A stretch of DNA of 64,000 nucleotides, taken from the NCBI RefSeq assembly GCF_009914755.1, contig NC_060926.1. One strand, 5' to 3'. The translations under genes and the position numbers were made by a program. The notes under the pieces are model-generated. The model was not told the DNA's origin, ran no database searches, and saw nothing but the letters and a program-made list of their open reading frames with translations. The DNA comes from the human T2T-CHM13v2.0 reference genome, Homo sapiens. This document shows positions 33,601-54,170 of the stretch, piece by piece (positions within the stretch are counted from its first letter, which is position 1; each line of letters begins with the position of its first letter).

Positions 33601-35231
33601 GGTTCCCCTGGTAAGACAGTGTGGTAGCATTGAAGGAGCGCTGGAAGTTAGTCCTAGTTCTCCCCAGGGCCTAGCTAGGTGATTTTAGGCAAACCAGTTA
33701 AATCTGGGGAAGTGGAGAGCCGTGAGCAATTTTATCTTTTGTGAAATGGATTTTTGACCAGATTAGGATTTTTCAAAACATGTTACTAGGTCATGAATAG
33801 GTGTCATGCAGAAAAAGGATCTGTGGGCAAGTATTTTTGGAAAACAGTGTGTTAATAGATTTCTTAGAGTTTCTTCTCATGGATTATCTTGTGGAACTAG
33901 TATTCCTTAGAATACATTTTGCAACTTTCTGAACTAGGTATTTCAAACCCCTCTAGCTCTAACAGAGCATGACTCTGTATTTGAAATGTCTTTTCTGAGT
34001 TATTTAGAGCTGTCTCATTCTTGGATTTGAAAGAAAATGGTATCCCATCAGTGATTGTCTGCCGCATTTATCTGACAAATAACTATCAACTGTGCCCCAC
34101 CATGGACCACCCAGGAAAGATAATTACGCAGGAAATTCAAGGGTTGTGCTTTAAATCTCAGTTCTTCGATGGCCAAGGGAACCCCTTCTTCCCTTAGCTG
34201 GAGGGAAGCAAGATTAAATTGTTTGGCATCAAATGGGGAAGCTGTCATTGTCATTTGAAACTCCTGGCAGTAGTATTCCTTTCATGTAAATCCCAACTCA
34301 CTGTGAAATTACAAGAAATGCATAGATAGTAACCAGGATGAATGGGCCCTAAAGTAGATACACAACTGGACCTTCTTAATTGTAAGTATTTAGTACTTCA
34401 TCAGCCCATAAAATTCATGTTGATAAATAGCACCACTCTCAGAAAAGACAAATACTCAAAGATCAATAGATTTTTGTCTGAACCAGGAGGAAAAATGCCT
34501 ACTGGCAAAAGACAATATTTGAATTTATTCCCTAGAAATATTTTTATAGCACTGTAGAAATATGAGTGCATGGGAAAGATAATTTCTACATCTTCTAAAT
34601 AAAATCTGTTTGGAAATTATACTATAATGATATTTAAAAATTTCATTTTGTGGTATAGATGGTCTAAGATTTGGAATAAACTGGAGTATAGAGATAACTA
34701 AATGTCAGGGTGGCAAAGTCTGTTTTTTATATTGAGATATTCAAATACCACAAAATTAATCATTTTAAATTCAGTGGTTTCTCGTATATTGGTAGATTTG
34801 TTGAACCATCACCACTATCTAATTCCAGAACATTTTTGTCACCCCAAAAATCAATTCCATTAGCAGTCACTCCTCATTCCCTCTCCCCCCAGCTTCTCAC
34901 AACTACTCATCAGTTTTCAGTCTCTGTGGATTTCCCTGTTCTGAACATTTCATATAAATGGAGTCATACAGCAAGTTGCCTTTGGTAGCTGACGTGGTTT
35001 ACTTGACATAATGTTTTCAAGGTTCATCCATGTTGTTAAATATATCAGAACGTAATTCCATTTTATAGCTGAATAATATTCTGTTGTATGGATATTTCAC
35101 ATTTTGTTTATTCATTAGTTGATGGACATTTGGGTTGATTCCCCAGCTTGACTATTATGAATAATGCTGCTATGAATATTTGTGTACAGGTTTTGGTGTG
35201 GACATTCAGTTATTTTGGGTATACACCTAGG

Positions 35232-35326
35232 AGTGAAATTGCTAGGTCATATGGTCAGTCTACTTTTAGAGTAATTGTGAAACTGTTTTTCAAAGTAGCT
35301 GTACCATTTGCACTCCCTGTGGCAAT
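35232..35326 (+). ncRNA. MIR562: pre-miR-562 (mature about 35292-35311, AAAGUAGCUGUACCAUUUGC), embedded in an old L1M element
   Basis: Matches the recalled 95-nt precursor AGUGAAAUUGCUAGG...CUGUGGCAAU; MIR562 is known to lie in a DIS3L2 intron. Confidence 0.85.
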
Positions 35327-35814
35327 GTATGAGGGTCTCAGTTGCTCCATATCCTAACACTTGTTATCTGTATTTGTGATTATAGCCATCATTGTAGGTG
35401 TGGGGTAGTATCTCATTGTGGTTTTGATTTGCATTTCTGTCATGACTAATGAGACTGAATGTATTTTGATGTGCTTATTGGTCATTTGTATATTTTCTTT
35501 GAAGAAAAATCTACTCAGATAGTATCTATTCAGATCCTTTGCCATTTTTAAAATGGATTGCCTTTCTATTGTTGAGCTATAAGTGTAGTTTCTGTATTCC
35601 AAACACTGGTCATTTATCAGATATATGATTTGCAGATATTTTCTCCTACTTGTGGGCTGGCTATCTTGCACTTTCTTGATGGTGTTCTTAGAAGCACAAA
35701 GTTTCAAAATTTGATGAAGACCCGTTTAGTCTGTTTTTTCTTTGGTTGCTTGTGTTTTTGGTGTCATATCTATAAAAACCATTGGCGAAGATCACAAAGA
35801 GTTAGACATATGTT

Positions 35815-36114
<300 letters not shown>

Positions 36115-36839
36115 TAAGTTTTCTTCTATGAACTTTATACTGTTAGTTGTTATATTTATGATCCATTTTTAGTTAATCTTTGTAAATGGTGTGAGGTATG
36201 GGTCAAACTTCATTTTTTTGCTTGTGGATAACCAGTTGTTTCAGCACCATAAGAAAAACTTGTTGACAAGATGATTCTTTCTTCATGAAATTGTCTTGGC
36301 ATTTCTTGTCAAAAATTATTTGACCATAAATGTATTGGTTTATTTCTGGACTCTCAATTCTGTTCCATTGATCTGTATATTTGTCTTTATGCCAGTACCA
36401 CACTGTCTAAATTATTGTAACTTTGTAGTAAGTTTTGAAATTGAGAAGTGTGATTCTTCCAACTTTGCTTTTTTTTCTTTCAGATTTTTCTACTATTCTG
36501 GGTTCTTTGCATTGCCATATATATTTTAGGATCAGCTTGTCAATTTCAGGAGGCACTCAGGATTTTCATAAGAATTGCTCTGAGTCTGTAGATCAGTTTG
36601 GGGAGCATTTCCATCTTAACACTGTTAAGTCTTCCAACCTATGAACATGGGATGTCTGTCCATTAATTAGGTCTTTAATTTCTTTCAATGATGTTTTGTA
36701 GTTTTCAGTATACAAGGCTTCTTTGTTAAATTTAATCCTACATATTTATTCTTTTTGATGCTGTTGTAAATGAAATTGTTTTCTTAATTTCATTTCCAAA
36801 TTATTTATTGCTAATGTTTAGAAATACATTTTATATTTA

Positions 36840-37244
<405 letters not shown>

Positions 37245-37414
37245 TCATCTGCAAATAGGGAAGTTTTACCTCTTCCTTTCTAATTTAGATGCCTTTTATT
37301 TCCTTTTGTTATCCAGTTACTCAAGCTAGGACCTTCTGTACAGTGTTGAATAGAATTAATGGAAGTGTGCCTCTCTTGTCCTGATCTTGAGGAAGGAAAG
37401 CATTCAGTCATTCA

Positions 37415-37707
37415 GTTTTTTTTTTGTTTTTTTGTTTTGAGACAGCGTCTTGCTCTGTTGCCAGGCTGGAGTGCAGTGGTACAGTCACAACTCACAATTC
37501 CAGGCTCAAGTGATCCTCCCAGCTCAGCCTCTTACGTAGCTGGGACAACAGGGCGTGCCACCAAACCCAGCTAATTTTTGTATTTTTTGTGGAGATAGGG
37601 TTTTGCTGTGTTGCCCGGGCTGCTCTTGAACTCTTAGGCTCAAGTGATCTGCCCGCCCCGGCCTCCCAAAGTGCTGGGATTACAGATATGAGCTAAGCAC
37701 TCAGCCC
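37415..37707 (-). mobile_element. AluJ
   Basis: ggctcaagtgatcctccc in both arms. Confidence 0.82.
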
Positions 37708-38394
37708 AGTCTTTCAATATTAATTGTAATGTAAGCTTTGGGGGTTTTGTAGATGCTCTCTATCAGCTGAAAGCTTTTCCTTCTAGTCCTGATTTATTGA
37801 GTGGTTTTCTCATGGAAGAGTGTTGGATTTTGTCAAATGGTTTTTCTGTCTGTTGAGATAATCCTGTGATTTTTGTTCTTTATTAATCTGTTTCATTGAT
37901 TGACTATCATATGTTGAGCCATCACATTCCTGGGATAAATTTCACCCTTGTCATGGTGTATAATGATTTTTACATTGCTAGATTTGGTTTACTGGATTCC
38001 TTTTTAGGATCTTTGCTTCGTATTTTTAAGAGATTTCAGTCTTTAGTTTTCTTGTGATAACTTTGGTTTTATGTGAGGATAACACTGGCCTCATAGAATG
38101 AGTTTTGGAAGAGTTTGTGAAGAATTTGGGGTATAGTTTTTTTTCTTTTTTTCTTCTAGCTTTTATTTTAGGTTCGGGGGTACATGTATGTACGGGTTTA
38201 TTATATGAGTAAATTGCATGTCTCTATAGTTTGGTGTACAAATGATTTTGTCACCCAGGTAGTGAGCATAGTACCCAATAAGAGGTAGTTTTTTGATCCT
38301 TATTCTCCCACTCTAGAACTCATCAGTAAAGCCATCTGGCCCTGTGCTTTTGTGTGTGTGTCGGCGATGGGTGGGGGGGTGGTTTGTTTATTAA

Positions 38395-38830
<436 letters not shown>

Positions 38831-39161
38831 TAGTATTCCCTTATAATCCTTATTGTTTCTGTAAGATTGTTAGTAATATTTGCTCTTTCATTTGTTAGTT
38901 TAGTAATTTGAATCTCTCCCCCTCTCTCTCTGTTTTGGTCAGCTTAGCTCAGGGTTTGTCAATTTTGTTGATCTTTTCACATAGCCAACTTTTATTTTCT
39001 TCTTATTCTTTTTATTTCCTTCTCTTTTTTTTTAAATTCTCTTTTTCATTTATTTCTACTCTAATCTTTGTTATTTTCTTTTTTCTGCTTGCTTAGGTTT
39101 AGTTTGTTCTTCTTTGGTTTCTTAAGGTGGAAGTTTATGTTATTGAGTTCAGATCTTTCTA

Positions 39162-39333
39162 TGTTTTGTTTTTGTTTTTTTCTTGAGATGGGAGTCTCAC
39201 TCTGTCGCCCAGGCTGGAGTGCAGTTGTGCAATCTTGGCTCACTACAACCTCCGCCTTCCAGGCTCAAGTAATCCTCTTACCTCAGCCTACCAAGTACCT
39301 GGGACCACAGGCATGTGCCACCATGCCCGGCTA
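39162..39333 (-). mobile_element. Right arm of a host AluJ-like element (left-arm remnant at 44531-44627)
   Basis: The arm stops at the A-rich linker where later elements inserted. Confidence 0.75.
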
Positions 39334-39601
39334 TTTTTTTTTAATTTTTTAATTAATTAATTAATTAATTAATTTATTATTATTATTATTTTTTAAATTA
39401 TACTTTAAGTTTTAGGGTACATGTGCACATTGTGCAGGTTAGTTACATATGTATACATGTGCCATGCTGGTGCGCTGCACCCACTAACTCGTCATCTAGC
39501 ATTAGGTATATCTCCCAATGCTATCCCTCCCCCCTCCCACCTCCCCACCACAGTCACCAGAGTGTGATATTCCCCTTCCTGTGTCCATGTGATCTCATTG
39601 T

Positions 39602-43458
<3,857 letters not shown>

Positions 43459-43494
43459 TTAGTTGATGCAGTTTCTTCCTAGTCTCGATGGTCT

Positions 43495-44188
43495 TTACAT
43501 TTTGGCATGATTTTGCAGCGGCTGGTACCGGTTGTTCCTTTCCATGTTTAGCGCTTCCTTCAGGAGCTCTTTTAGGGCAGGCCTGGTGGTGACAAAATCT
43601 CTCAGCATTTGCTTGTCTATAAAGTATTTTATTTCTCCTTCACTTATGAAGCTTAGTTTGGCTGGATATGAAATTCTGGGTTGAAAATTCTTTTCTTTAA
43701 GAATGTTGAATATTGGCCCCCACTCTCTTCTGGCTTGTAGGGTTTCTGCCGAGAGATCCGCTGTTAGTCTGATGGGCTTCCCTTTGTGGGTAACCTGACC
43801 TTTCTCTCTGGCTGCCCTTAACATTTTTTCCTTCATTTCTACTTTGGCGAATCTGACAATTATGTGTCTTGGAGTTGCTCTTCTCGAGGAGTATCTTTGT
43901 GGCGTTCTCTGTATTTCCTGAATCTGAATGTTGGGCTGCCTTGCTAGATTGGGGAAGTTCTCCTGGATGATATCCTGCAGAGTGTTTTCCAACTTGGTTC
44001 CATTCTCCCCATCACTTTCAGAGTGACACCAATGAGACGTAGATTTGGTCCTTTCACATAGTCCCATATTTCTTGGAGGCTTTGCTTGTTTCTTTTTATT
44101 CTTTTTTCTCTAAACTTCCCTTCTCGCTTCATTTCATTCACTTCATCTTCCATCGCTGATAGCCTTTCTTCCAGTTGATCGCATCGGC
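43495..44188 (-). pseudogene. L1-B partial ORF1 with the same +2 frameshift (about 44022-44026)
   Basis: tcactttcagAGTGACaccaatgag is identical to L1-A 16401-16425. Confidence 0.9.
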
Positions 44189-44211
44189 CACCATGCCCGG
44201 CTATTTTTTTT

Positions 44212-44530
<319 letters not shown>

Positions 44531-45527
44531 GCCTGGCTAATTTTTGTATTTATTTGTAGAAGTGAGGTTTCATCATGTCACCTAGGGTGGTCTCGAGCTC
44601 CTGGATTACAGGCATTAGCCACTGTACTTTTTATAAAGGCATTTACAGCTACTCCCTCCCTACTTCCCTGATTGCTTTAGCTACATCCCATAAATTTTCA
44701 TAGGTTGTATTTTGTTTTCATTTATATCTAAATATTTTAAAATTTCCTTTGAGATTTCTTCTTTGACGTATTTTTTATTTAGGAGTAGGTTGTTTAATTT
44801 CTACATACTTGTGAATTTCTCTAATTTCTTTATGCTATTAATTTCTAATTCCATTCTATTTTGGTCAGAGAACATACTTTGCATGATTTTAGTCCTTGTA
44901 TATTTATTGAAACTTGTTATATGGTGTGGAGAATGTTCCATATCCACTTTAGAAGAATATGTTTTCTGCTGTTGTTGGATGGAGTGAGTGTTCTGTAGAT
45001 ATCTGTTAGATCTAATTGATTTATAGTTTTGTTTAAGCTTTCTATTTTCTTGTTTATCTTTTGTTTATTTTTTATCTCTGTTACTGGATGTTGTGTATTG
45101 ATATATATTACAGTTGAATTCTACATTTCTCCCTTAAGTTCTGCCATTTTTTGCTTTGTGTATTTTGTGGCTTTGTTGTTAGATGCATGTGTGTTTATAA
45201 TTGTTTCATTTTCTAGATGGATTGAGCCTATCATTGTTATAAAATATTATCCTTTGTCTTTAGTAACACTTTTTGCCTTGAATTCTATTTTGTCTGCTAT
45301 TAGTTTGGCTACTCCAGCTCTCTTTTGTTACTGTTTGCATGACACCTGCACATGCATACACACACAGGCACACACACACATACAATTAAATACTATTAAA
45401 TAGTAATATAATGTGGCAGCTCTGGAAATCATCTTGCCTCCCTTCATTTCCAAGGTTTGCTGTTATTGCTGTTTGTTCTTTCTGCTGTTCATTTTCTGAC
45501 TTTTTTGAACTAAGTCTTTTGAGTCTA

Positions 45528-45862
45528 TGCTGTGATCTGAATGTCTGTGTTCCCTCTAAGTTCGTAGGTTGAAACTCTAACCCCCAAATTATAGTTTAGG
45601 AAGGCAGTTAAGTCAAGGGTAGAGCCCTCATGAACGGGATTAGTGCCCTTATAAAAAGAAGCATGAGAAAGAAACCTCACCCCTTTCACCATGTGAGAAC
45701 ATAGTAAAAAGGTGCCATTCATGAGGAAGTGGGCCTTCATCAGATATTGATTCTGCTAGTTTCTTGATCTTGGACTTTCCACTCTCCAAAACTGTGAGAA
45801 ATAAACGTTATAAGCTACCCAATTTATAGTATTTTGTTATAGCAACTCAAACAAACAGAGAC
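45528..45862 (+). mobile_element. MaLR LTR (MLT1A/MST-like)
   Basis: tgctgtgatctgaatgt...gggattagtgcccttataaaa...attttgttatagca...agaca. Confidence 0.7.
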
Positions 45863-46944
45863 AGTTTGTATTCTTTGTTATTTGAAGCTACTGAAATCTC
45901 TGCTTGGCTAGCTTAGTGGTCACCTAATGAATAAACAGAGATTTCCTTAAATATTTGAAAACAGTAAGTCTCTTAGCGTTTGTTAAGAGGCTCTGTGTCG
46001 ACTAATACCTTTAATGCTTAGGCATGCACTTTACAACTCTGCCATAGCCTTCACTTCCTGCTGTTGCAGAGCTTCAGGGTCAGCCAGAAGTAAGAGTGTA
46101 AGACCCTTCTTAAGTCTTTCTTGGGCATGTGCACAGCCCTATGCATGAGTGTGACCATCTTTATCCCCAGGAATGTGTCAGACCTTTTCACAGCCCTTTA
46201 TAGATGCCTCATTCTCCAGCTTTTCCTTTTAATGTTTTTGGTCAGTTCTTGTTGACCAGTACTTTAGCTCACTGTTATCACCATCTCAGATAGCTGCCAT
46301 GTTAAATAAATACTGCTGAATGTTTTTGATGAACACCCCTGGGGCTATAAGGCTGTTTGCAGTGAACAAGGTTTGATGAAGGTCAAATTAAGCAAACCCG
46401 GTAAATGGGGGTTTTCAGGGAACTGCTGGATAGGTCAAATAATGACATTTCTCCTGTGATGCTGTTTTTAGGGTGCTGTAAACCTGTTCTTGCCACTCCA
46501 GTGACTGCTAGGCCACTGGTTTTCACCACGATTACAATGCTGTTGATTTTAAGGCTGGAGAGAGAGATAGAGCTGGAAAGGGGGATGTGGGAATATGGAA
46601 AGTAAACTTTGTAAGTAAAACTTTACAAAGTTCAGTGTCCTTGTTGATATTTAGCCATTTTTCTTGAGTAATTGCATCTCAGATTGTTAAAAGCCTGTGG
46701 TTAATTTCCAGAGTTACACTAAATTTGATTTTGACAGTTTTGTCCAGTGTTGTTGTTACTTATATGAAGTAGTAGCTTTTCAGAGGAGGCCTCTACTTTG
46801 CGAGTCCCACTGATGTGACTCTCAAGTCTTTTCACTTTTATTGCTTGAGTTGGAGATAAAAGAAGACAGTGTCCTGCAGAAAAGCTACAAGCTTTCCTGG
46901 GAAAATAACAGAAAGAGTGAAAGGAAGATAGAATTTGAAAATAA

Positions 46945-47250
46945 GGTCGGGTGCGTGGCTCATACCTGTAATCCCAGTACTTTGGGAGGTCCAGTACTTT
47001 GGGTGGATTGATTGAGTCCAGGAGTTCCAGACTAGCCTGGGCAACACAGCAAAACCCCATCTGTACAAAAATTACAAAAATTAGCTGGGCGTGGTGGCAT
47101 GTGCCTGTAGTCCCACTACTAGGGAGGCTGAGGTGAGATAATCACTTGAGCCCAGGAGGTTGAGGGTGCAGTGAGCTGTGATCGCGCCACTGCACTCCAG
47201 CCTGGGAAACAGAACAAGACACTATCTCAAAAAAAGAAAGAAAAAGAAAA
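46945..47250 (+). mobile_element. AluJ with a short internal duplication (ccagtactttggg twice)
   Basis: Direct reading. Confidence 0.83.
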
Positions 47251-48131
47251 GAAGCATATAGTAGTCAGTAATTGTGTGGGCAAATTATTCCTAAGATTAG
47301 TAGTGTTGGGTAGCCTGACATTCGTATTAGGGCAGGTCAAAAATGAAATGGTCAACTCTGTTGATAATAGGAAAAGAGGAAAATAAATTTCTTAGCTTCT
47401 TATACAATATCCTGTTCTGCTTTCAGCCCTTCATCTTTCCTCAGTCTTGCTCTGTCATAGTTCTCTGTCTTACCTATGCCTTGCATTGTACTTCATCCAT
47501 TTTCCAGGGCCCGTCTTGAATGCTGTGAATTTTTTGTCTTCTCACTCTAGAAGAATTAGCCTTGCCCTTCTCTGTTCTCCCGAGGCAGTCTGCTCACTTG
47601 CCATAATGTACCTAATTTACTTAAATATGACTCTGTCTCTCTGATGGGTAGCAAAGTTCTCATCAAGAGCAAGGACTGGGTGTTACTTTTCTGTTTCTAG
47701 GTGCTAACTCAGTACATGGCATCCAGACCCAAATAAAGTGATCATGGAATATTCACCAAGATAGACCATATCTTGAGTCATCAAACAAACTTCAGCTCAT
47801 GTGAAAATGAAGTCATATAGGGTATGTTTTCTGACCATATGGAACTACAAACTAGAAATCCATAACAGGACAATAGTAAAATATCTAGACACTTGGAAAT
47901 TAAACAACACACTTATAAATAATTCACTGGTTAAAGAGGAAATCTTAAAGGAAATTTTTAAAAAATATGTAGAACTGAATGAAAATGAAAGCACAACATA
48001 TTAAAATATGTGAGATGTCGCTAAAGCAGTACCGAGGAAAATTTATAGCTCCAAGTGCTTACATTAAAAAGAAAAAAGATCTCAGCAGTGAGCTATGTTT
48101 TTACCTTAGGAATTTAGATAAAGAAGAGCAA

Positions 48132-48496
<365 letters not shown>

Positions 48497-48574
48497 TTAA
48501 GTCAATAAAATTGGAAATTGGAAAACGGTAGAGAAAATTGGTGAAACAAAAAGCTGGTTCTTTTTTTTTAAAAC

Positions 48575-48722
<148 letters not shown>

Positions 48723-49968
48723 TGAAAAAAATTAATAAAACTGATAAGCCTTTAGCGAGATTGATGGATAAACGGAAGACACACATCACATTAGAAGTGA
48801 TATGGGACATCACTACAGATACTGCAGCCATTTAAAGGATAATAAGGAACATACAAATGGTTTTTCAAGAAGTTAATAATTCAACATCTTAGAAGAGATG
48901 AGTCAAAGACTACGAACTTTCATCATTCAACCATGTCACATAGACAATCTGAATAGTCACAAAACTATTAAAAATATTGAATTCATAATTTAAAAGCTCA
49001 CAGAAAGGAAATCTTCAAGCCCAGATGGTTTCACTGGAGAATTCTAGAAAACATTTAAAGAAGAATTAACAGCAATTTTTACACAATCTTTGCTTGAAAA
49101 TACAATAGGAGAGAACATTTCCCATCTGATTTTATGAAGCCTGATACCCAAACCAGACAGAGATCATATCACAAAGAAAACTGTGGACCAATATCCCTCC
49201 TGAGCTCAGATGCAGAAGTATTCAGCAAAATTTTAGCTAATCAAATCCAGCAATGTATAAAAAGAATTCTATTGCTATTACAGAAGTGTCTAAAAAAAAG
49301 TGTTCTAAACTATGACCTAGTATGATTTATTCCAGGCATTCAAGACTGGTTCAACATTCAAAACCAATTAATGTATCATGTGTACAAATTAATTTAAAGT
49401 GGATCGTAGACCTGAATGTAAGGGCTAAAACTAGAAATCTCTTAGGAGAAAACAAAAGAGTAAACCTTAGTGACCTTGGATTGGCCAAGGAAGAAGTGAC
49501 AAAATAAAAAAATAGACAAATTGGACTTCATCAAAATTAAAAATTTTGTGCTTTGAAGGACACCATCAAGAAAGTGAAAGCATAACCCTCATGGGAAAAA
49601 TTGTTTTGCAAATTATGTAGGTTAATATATCTAGAATACATAAAGAACTCCTACAACTTAACAATAAAAAAGACAATTTTAAAATGGGCAAGAATTTTAA
49701 GACACACAAATGGTCACTAAGCATATAAAAAAAAGCTCAGCATCATTGATCATTACAAAAATGCAAATCAAAACCACAATGAGATACCACTGTACATTCA
49801 CTAGGATGGCTGTAATTTAAAAAAATACAGATAACAAGTGTTGGTGAGGATGTAGTGAAATTGGAACCCTCTTATACTGCTGGTGAGAATGTAAAATGGT
49901 GCAGCCATTTTGGAAAATAGTTTGGCAGCTCCTCAAAGGGTTAAACATAGAGTTACCATATGACCTAG

Positions 49969-50315
<347 letters not shown>

Positions 50316-50352
50316 GAATGTTTATATCAGCATTATTTAAAAAATGGAAACA

Positions 50353-50993
<641 letters not shown>

Positions 50994-52623
50994 TTAGATC
51001 CACACAAATATGCCTGACTGATTTTTAACAGAGGAGCAAACGCAGTTCAATGTAGGAAGGATAGCCTTTCATAAAATGGCATTAGAGGAATTTGCCATAC
51101 ATAGGCAAATAAATGAACTTCGATCTAAACCTCATGCCTTATGCAAAAGTTAACTCAAAATGGGTCATGGGCTTAAGTATAAAATGTAAAAGTATAAAAC
51201 TTAATAGAAATGAGCATAGAAGAGTACTTACAGGATGTAGGACTAGAGAAAGAGTTCTTAGACTTTGACATAGTACAGTCCACAGAAGAAGAGGTTGGTA
51301 AATTGGATCTCATCAGAATTAAAAACTTTCTGTCTATGAAAGATGCTGTTAAGAAAAGAAAAAGATGAGCTGCAGAAAATTCTTTCTGCAGCTGGGAGAA
51401 AATATTTGTAAACCACATATCCAACAAGAGACTAGTATCTAGAGTACGTAAAGAACCTTTAAAACCAAAGCAATCCAATTAGAAAATGGACAGAAGACAT
51501 ACACTGAAGAGGATATACAAATGGAAAACAAGCAAATTAAAAAATGTTTAACATCACGACCCATTCGAGAATGCAAATTAAATTCACAATATCAATACAC
51601 ATCAATCAGAACATCTAAAGTAAAATAATGAAAAGGCCAAATTGGCAAGAAGTTCTAAGCAATACCAAGTGCTGGCGAGGGTGCAGAGAAAGTGGATCAC
51701 TCAAACGTTGCCGGTGGAAATGTAAAATGGCACAACCACTCTGGAAACACTTTGGCAGTTTCTTAAAAAACTAAACACAACCCGGTAATTGCACTCCTGG
51801 GCATTTATCCCAGAAAAATGAAAACCTACATTCTCAAAAAAACCTGTACATGAATTTCTATAGCAGTTTTACATAGAATAGCCCAAATACTAGAAACAGC
51901 CCAGATGTCCTTCAGCAGATGAATGGTTAAGCAAATTGTGGTACATCCATATTACTGAATGGTACTTGGCAACAAAAGAGTGAACTGTTGATATGCGCAA
52001 CAGCTTGGATGGATCTTCAGTCTCAAGGGTTACATATGTACTGTATGATTCTATTTAATCTTTTTGAAAGTACAATTTTAAAAAGTCAGCTGAGTTTAAG
52101 ATTCAGAAAAGGCAAATTTTAGAACCATAGAACAGATTCGTAGTTGCCAAGATTGAGGGAGGCAGGACAGGAAGAAATTGGGTGCAATTGAGGGATCCTT
52201 GAGACAATAGTAGTGTTCATTATCTTGATTGAGTGGTATTTACATGAACCTACATATGTAATAAAATTGTATAGAACTTATACACCCAAATGAGTATGAG
52301 TAAGTGAGAAATCTAAATAAGATTGGTGCATGGTATCAGTGTCAATATCCTGGTTTTGATATTGTACTACAGTTTTGTATGATTTTACCATTGGTAACTG
52401 GGTAAAGGGCACACAACATCTTTATTATTTCTTATACTTGCATTTTAATCTACAATTATCGCAACATAAAAGATTCTAAAAAATTTAAAAGGAACCAGAT
52501 TAATAAAGATGGGAAAGTAATATAATGTGAGGCACTTGGAAACTTTGGAGCAGGTGAAGTTTGAACTCGGCTTTGAAGGAGGAATAGGATTTTAGTATGC
52601 TTTTGTCTTAATTTTTAAAAAGG

Positions 52624-52922
<299 letters not shown>

Positions 52923-53137
52923 AAGAGAAAGCAGTTAACATGGTTACCTCATGCTCCGAGAAAACCTCTCAGTTGGGGGATATGCCTACGTGGTCCTTGA
53001 ATTGCGTCAGTAACTATAGACCAAGGTGAAATTCAGAAGACTGAGATTTTGCTTTAAAGAACATGAACGACACAATTTTTGGATTGGGAAAGATGAGTAA
53101 AATTTGGATATTTTGTGCTTAGGTTCTCAAAAGGAGA

Positions 53138-53236
53138 TGAGATGAGAGAGAGAGAAAGAAGAGAGAGAGAGGAAGAGAGGAAGGAAGGAAGGAAGAAAGG
53201 AAGAAAGAAAGAGAAAGAAAGAGAGAAAGAAAGAAG
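53138..53236. repeat. GA-rich simple repeat ((GA)n/(GGAA)n/(GAAA)n)
   Basis: Direct reading. Confidence 0.85.
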
Positions 53237-53839
53237 GCAGGCCTGGCATTCAGGGAAGAAGTCTAGATTACAGATACCTGTTTAGGTGCCTGAAGGTAGT
53301 AGTTACAGGCACCAAAGTGAATGAGTATACATAGGGTGAGCATATAATCTGATGAGGGAAGAGGACCAAGGATAGACTGTGAAGAGCTCCAGAATGTAAA
53401 GGGTGGAAGGAAATTTCTTAGGAAAAGGTGGTGTTGGGGGCACAGAAAGGCAGATATTAGAAGAGTTAAAGAAAAGACAAAGGCAAAGTTGGTGACAAGT
53501 TCCAAACAAGGGTGAGTTACCCTGTGCTCTGCTGCAGTGAGGTCAGCTGGGACAAAGCTAGAACAGAAGTCACTGTGTTTAGCCATGAAGCTCTTTTCTT
53601 TGTCCTTTGGATATCTCAAGAGTCATGTCAGTGCAGTGAGTGGAGCGAAAGCCAGATTATAGTCAACTGAGGAGGTGAAAAAGTGGGGATCCTAAACGTA
53701 AACATCTCTTTTAAGGAGGTTTGCTTTGCAGAGGAAGTGAGAGGGAGCTTGAAAGAAGCAGGGTCCTGAAGATATTTGTGCAAATTGGAGAGATTTGAGC
53801 TTGCTGGCAAGTGGTGGGTGAGGAGCCAGTGGGCGACAT

Positions 53840-54170
53840 ACACATTTTTGGACTCCTTTTTGGAAATTGCCTTCAGAGCCTGAGGCACATTTTCAACAAT
53901 GGGAAATCTTCATCTTTCGAGGGTGGATTTAATTTTTGGAAGCAGCCAAGTTAATTCAGAGCCAAGGGTGGTAAATCAGGTGGGTGATCAAGCTGGATAA
54001 CACAACTTCAAAAAAAATTATAATTATAAAGTAGTAACACTGATTTTCTTGTGAAGCTCATGAATTGGCTTAGAAAGTAATCCTTAAAAAATCACAAGAA
54101 CCATTTGAGCAGTTGTAGCATTCTCTGAATAGTAGGTGTATGGATTTGTAACTTTGAGGACACTCATTTG
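53840..54170. mobile_element. MARNA-like ancient mariner remnant
   Basis: ggtggatttaatttttggaagcagccaa...ggtgggtgatcaagctgg resembles the recalled consensus. Confidence 0.5.

Noticed and set aside
51368-51393. 11-bp inverted repeat AGCTGCAGAAA/TTTCTGCAGCT
   Set aside because: Short and inside an old L1; a minor local mutation event at most.
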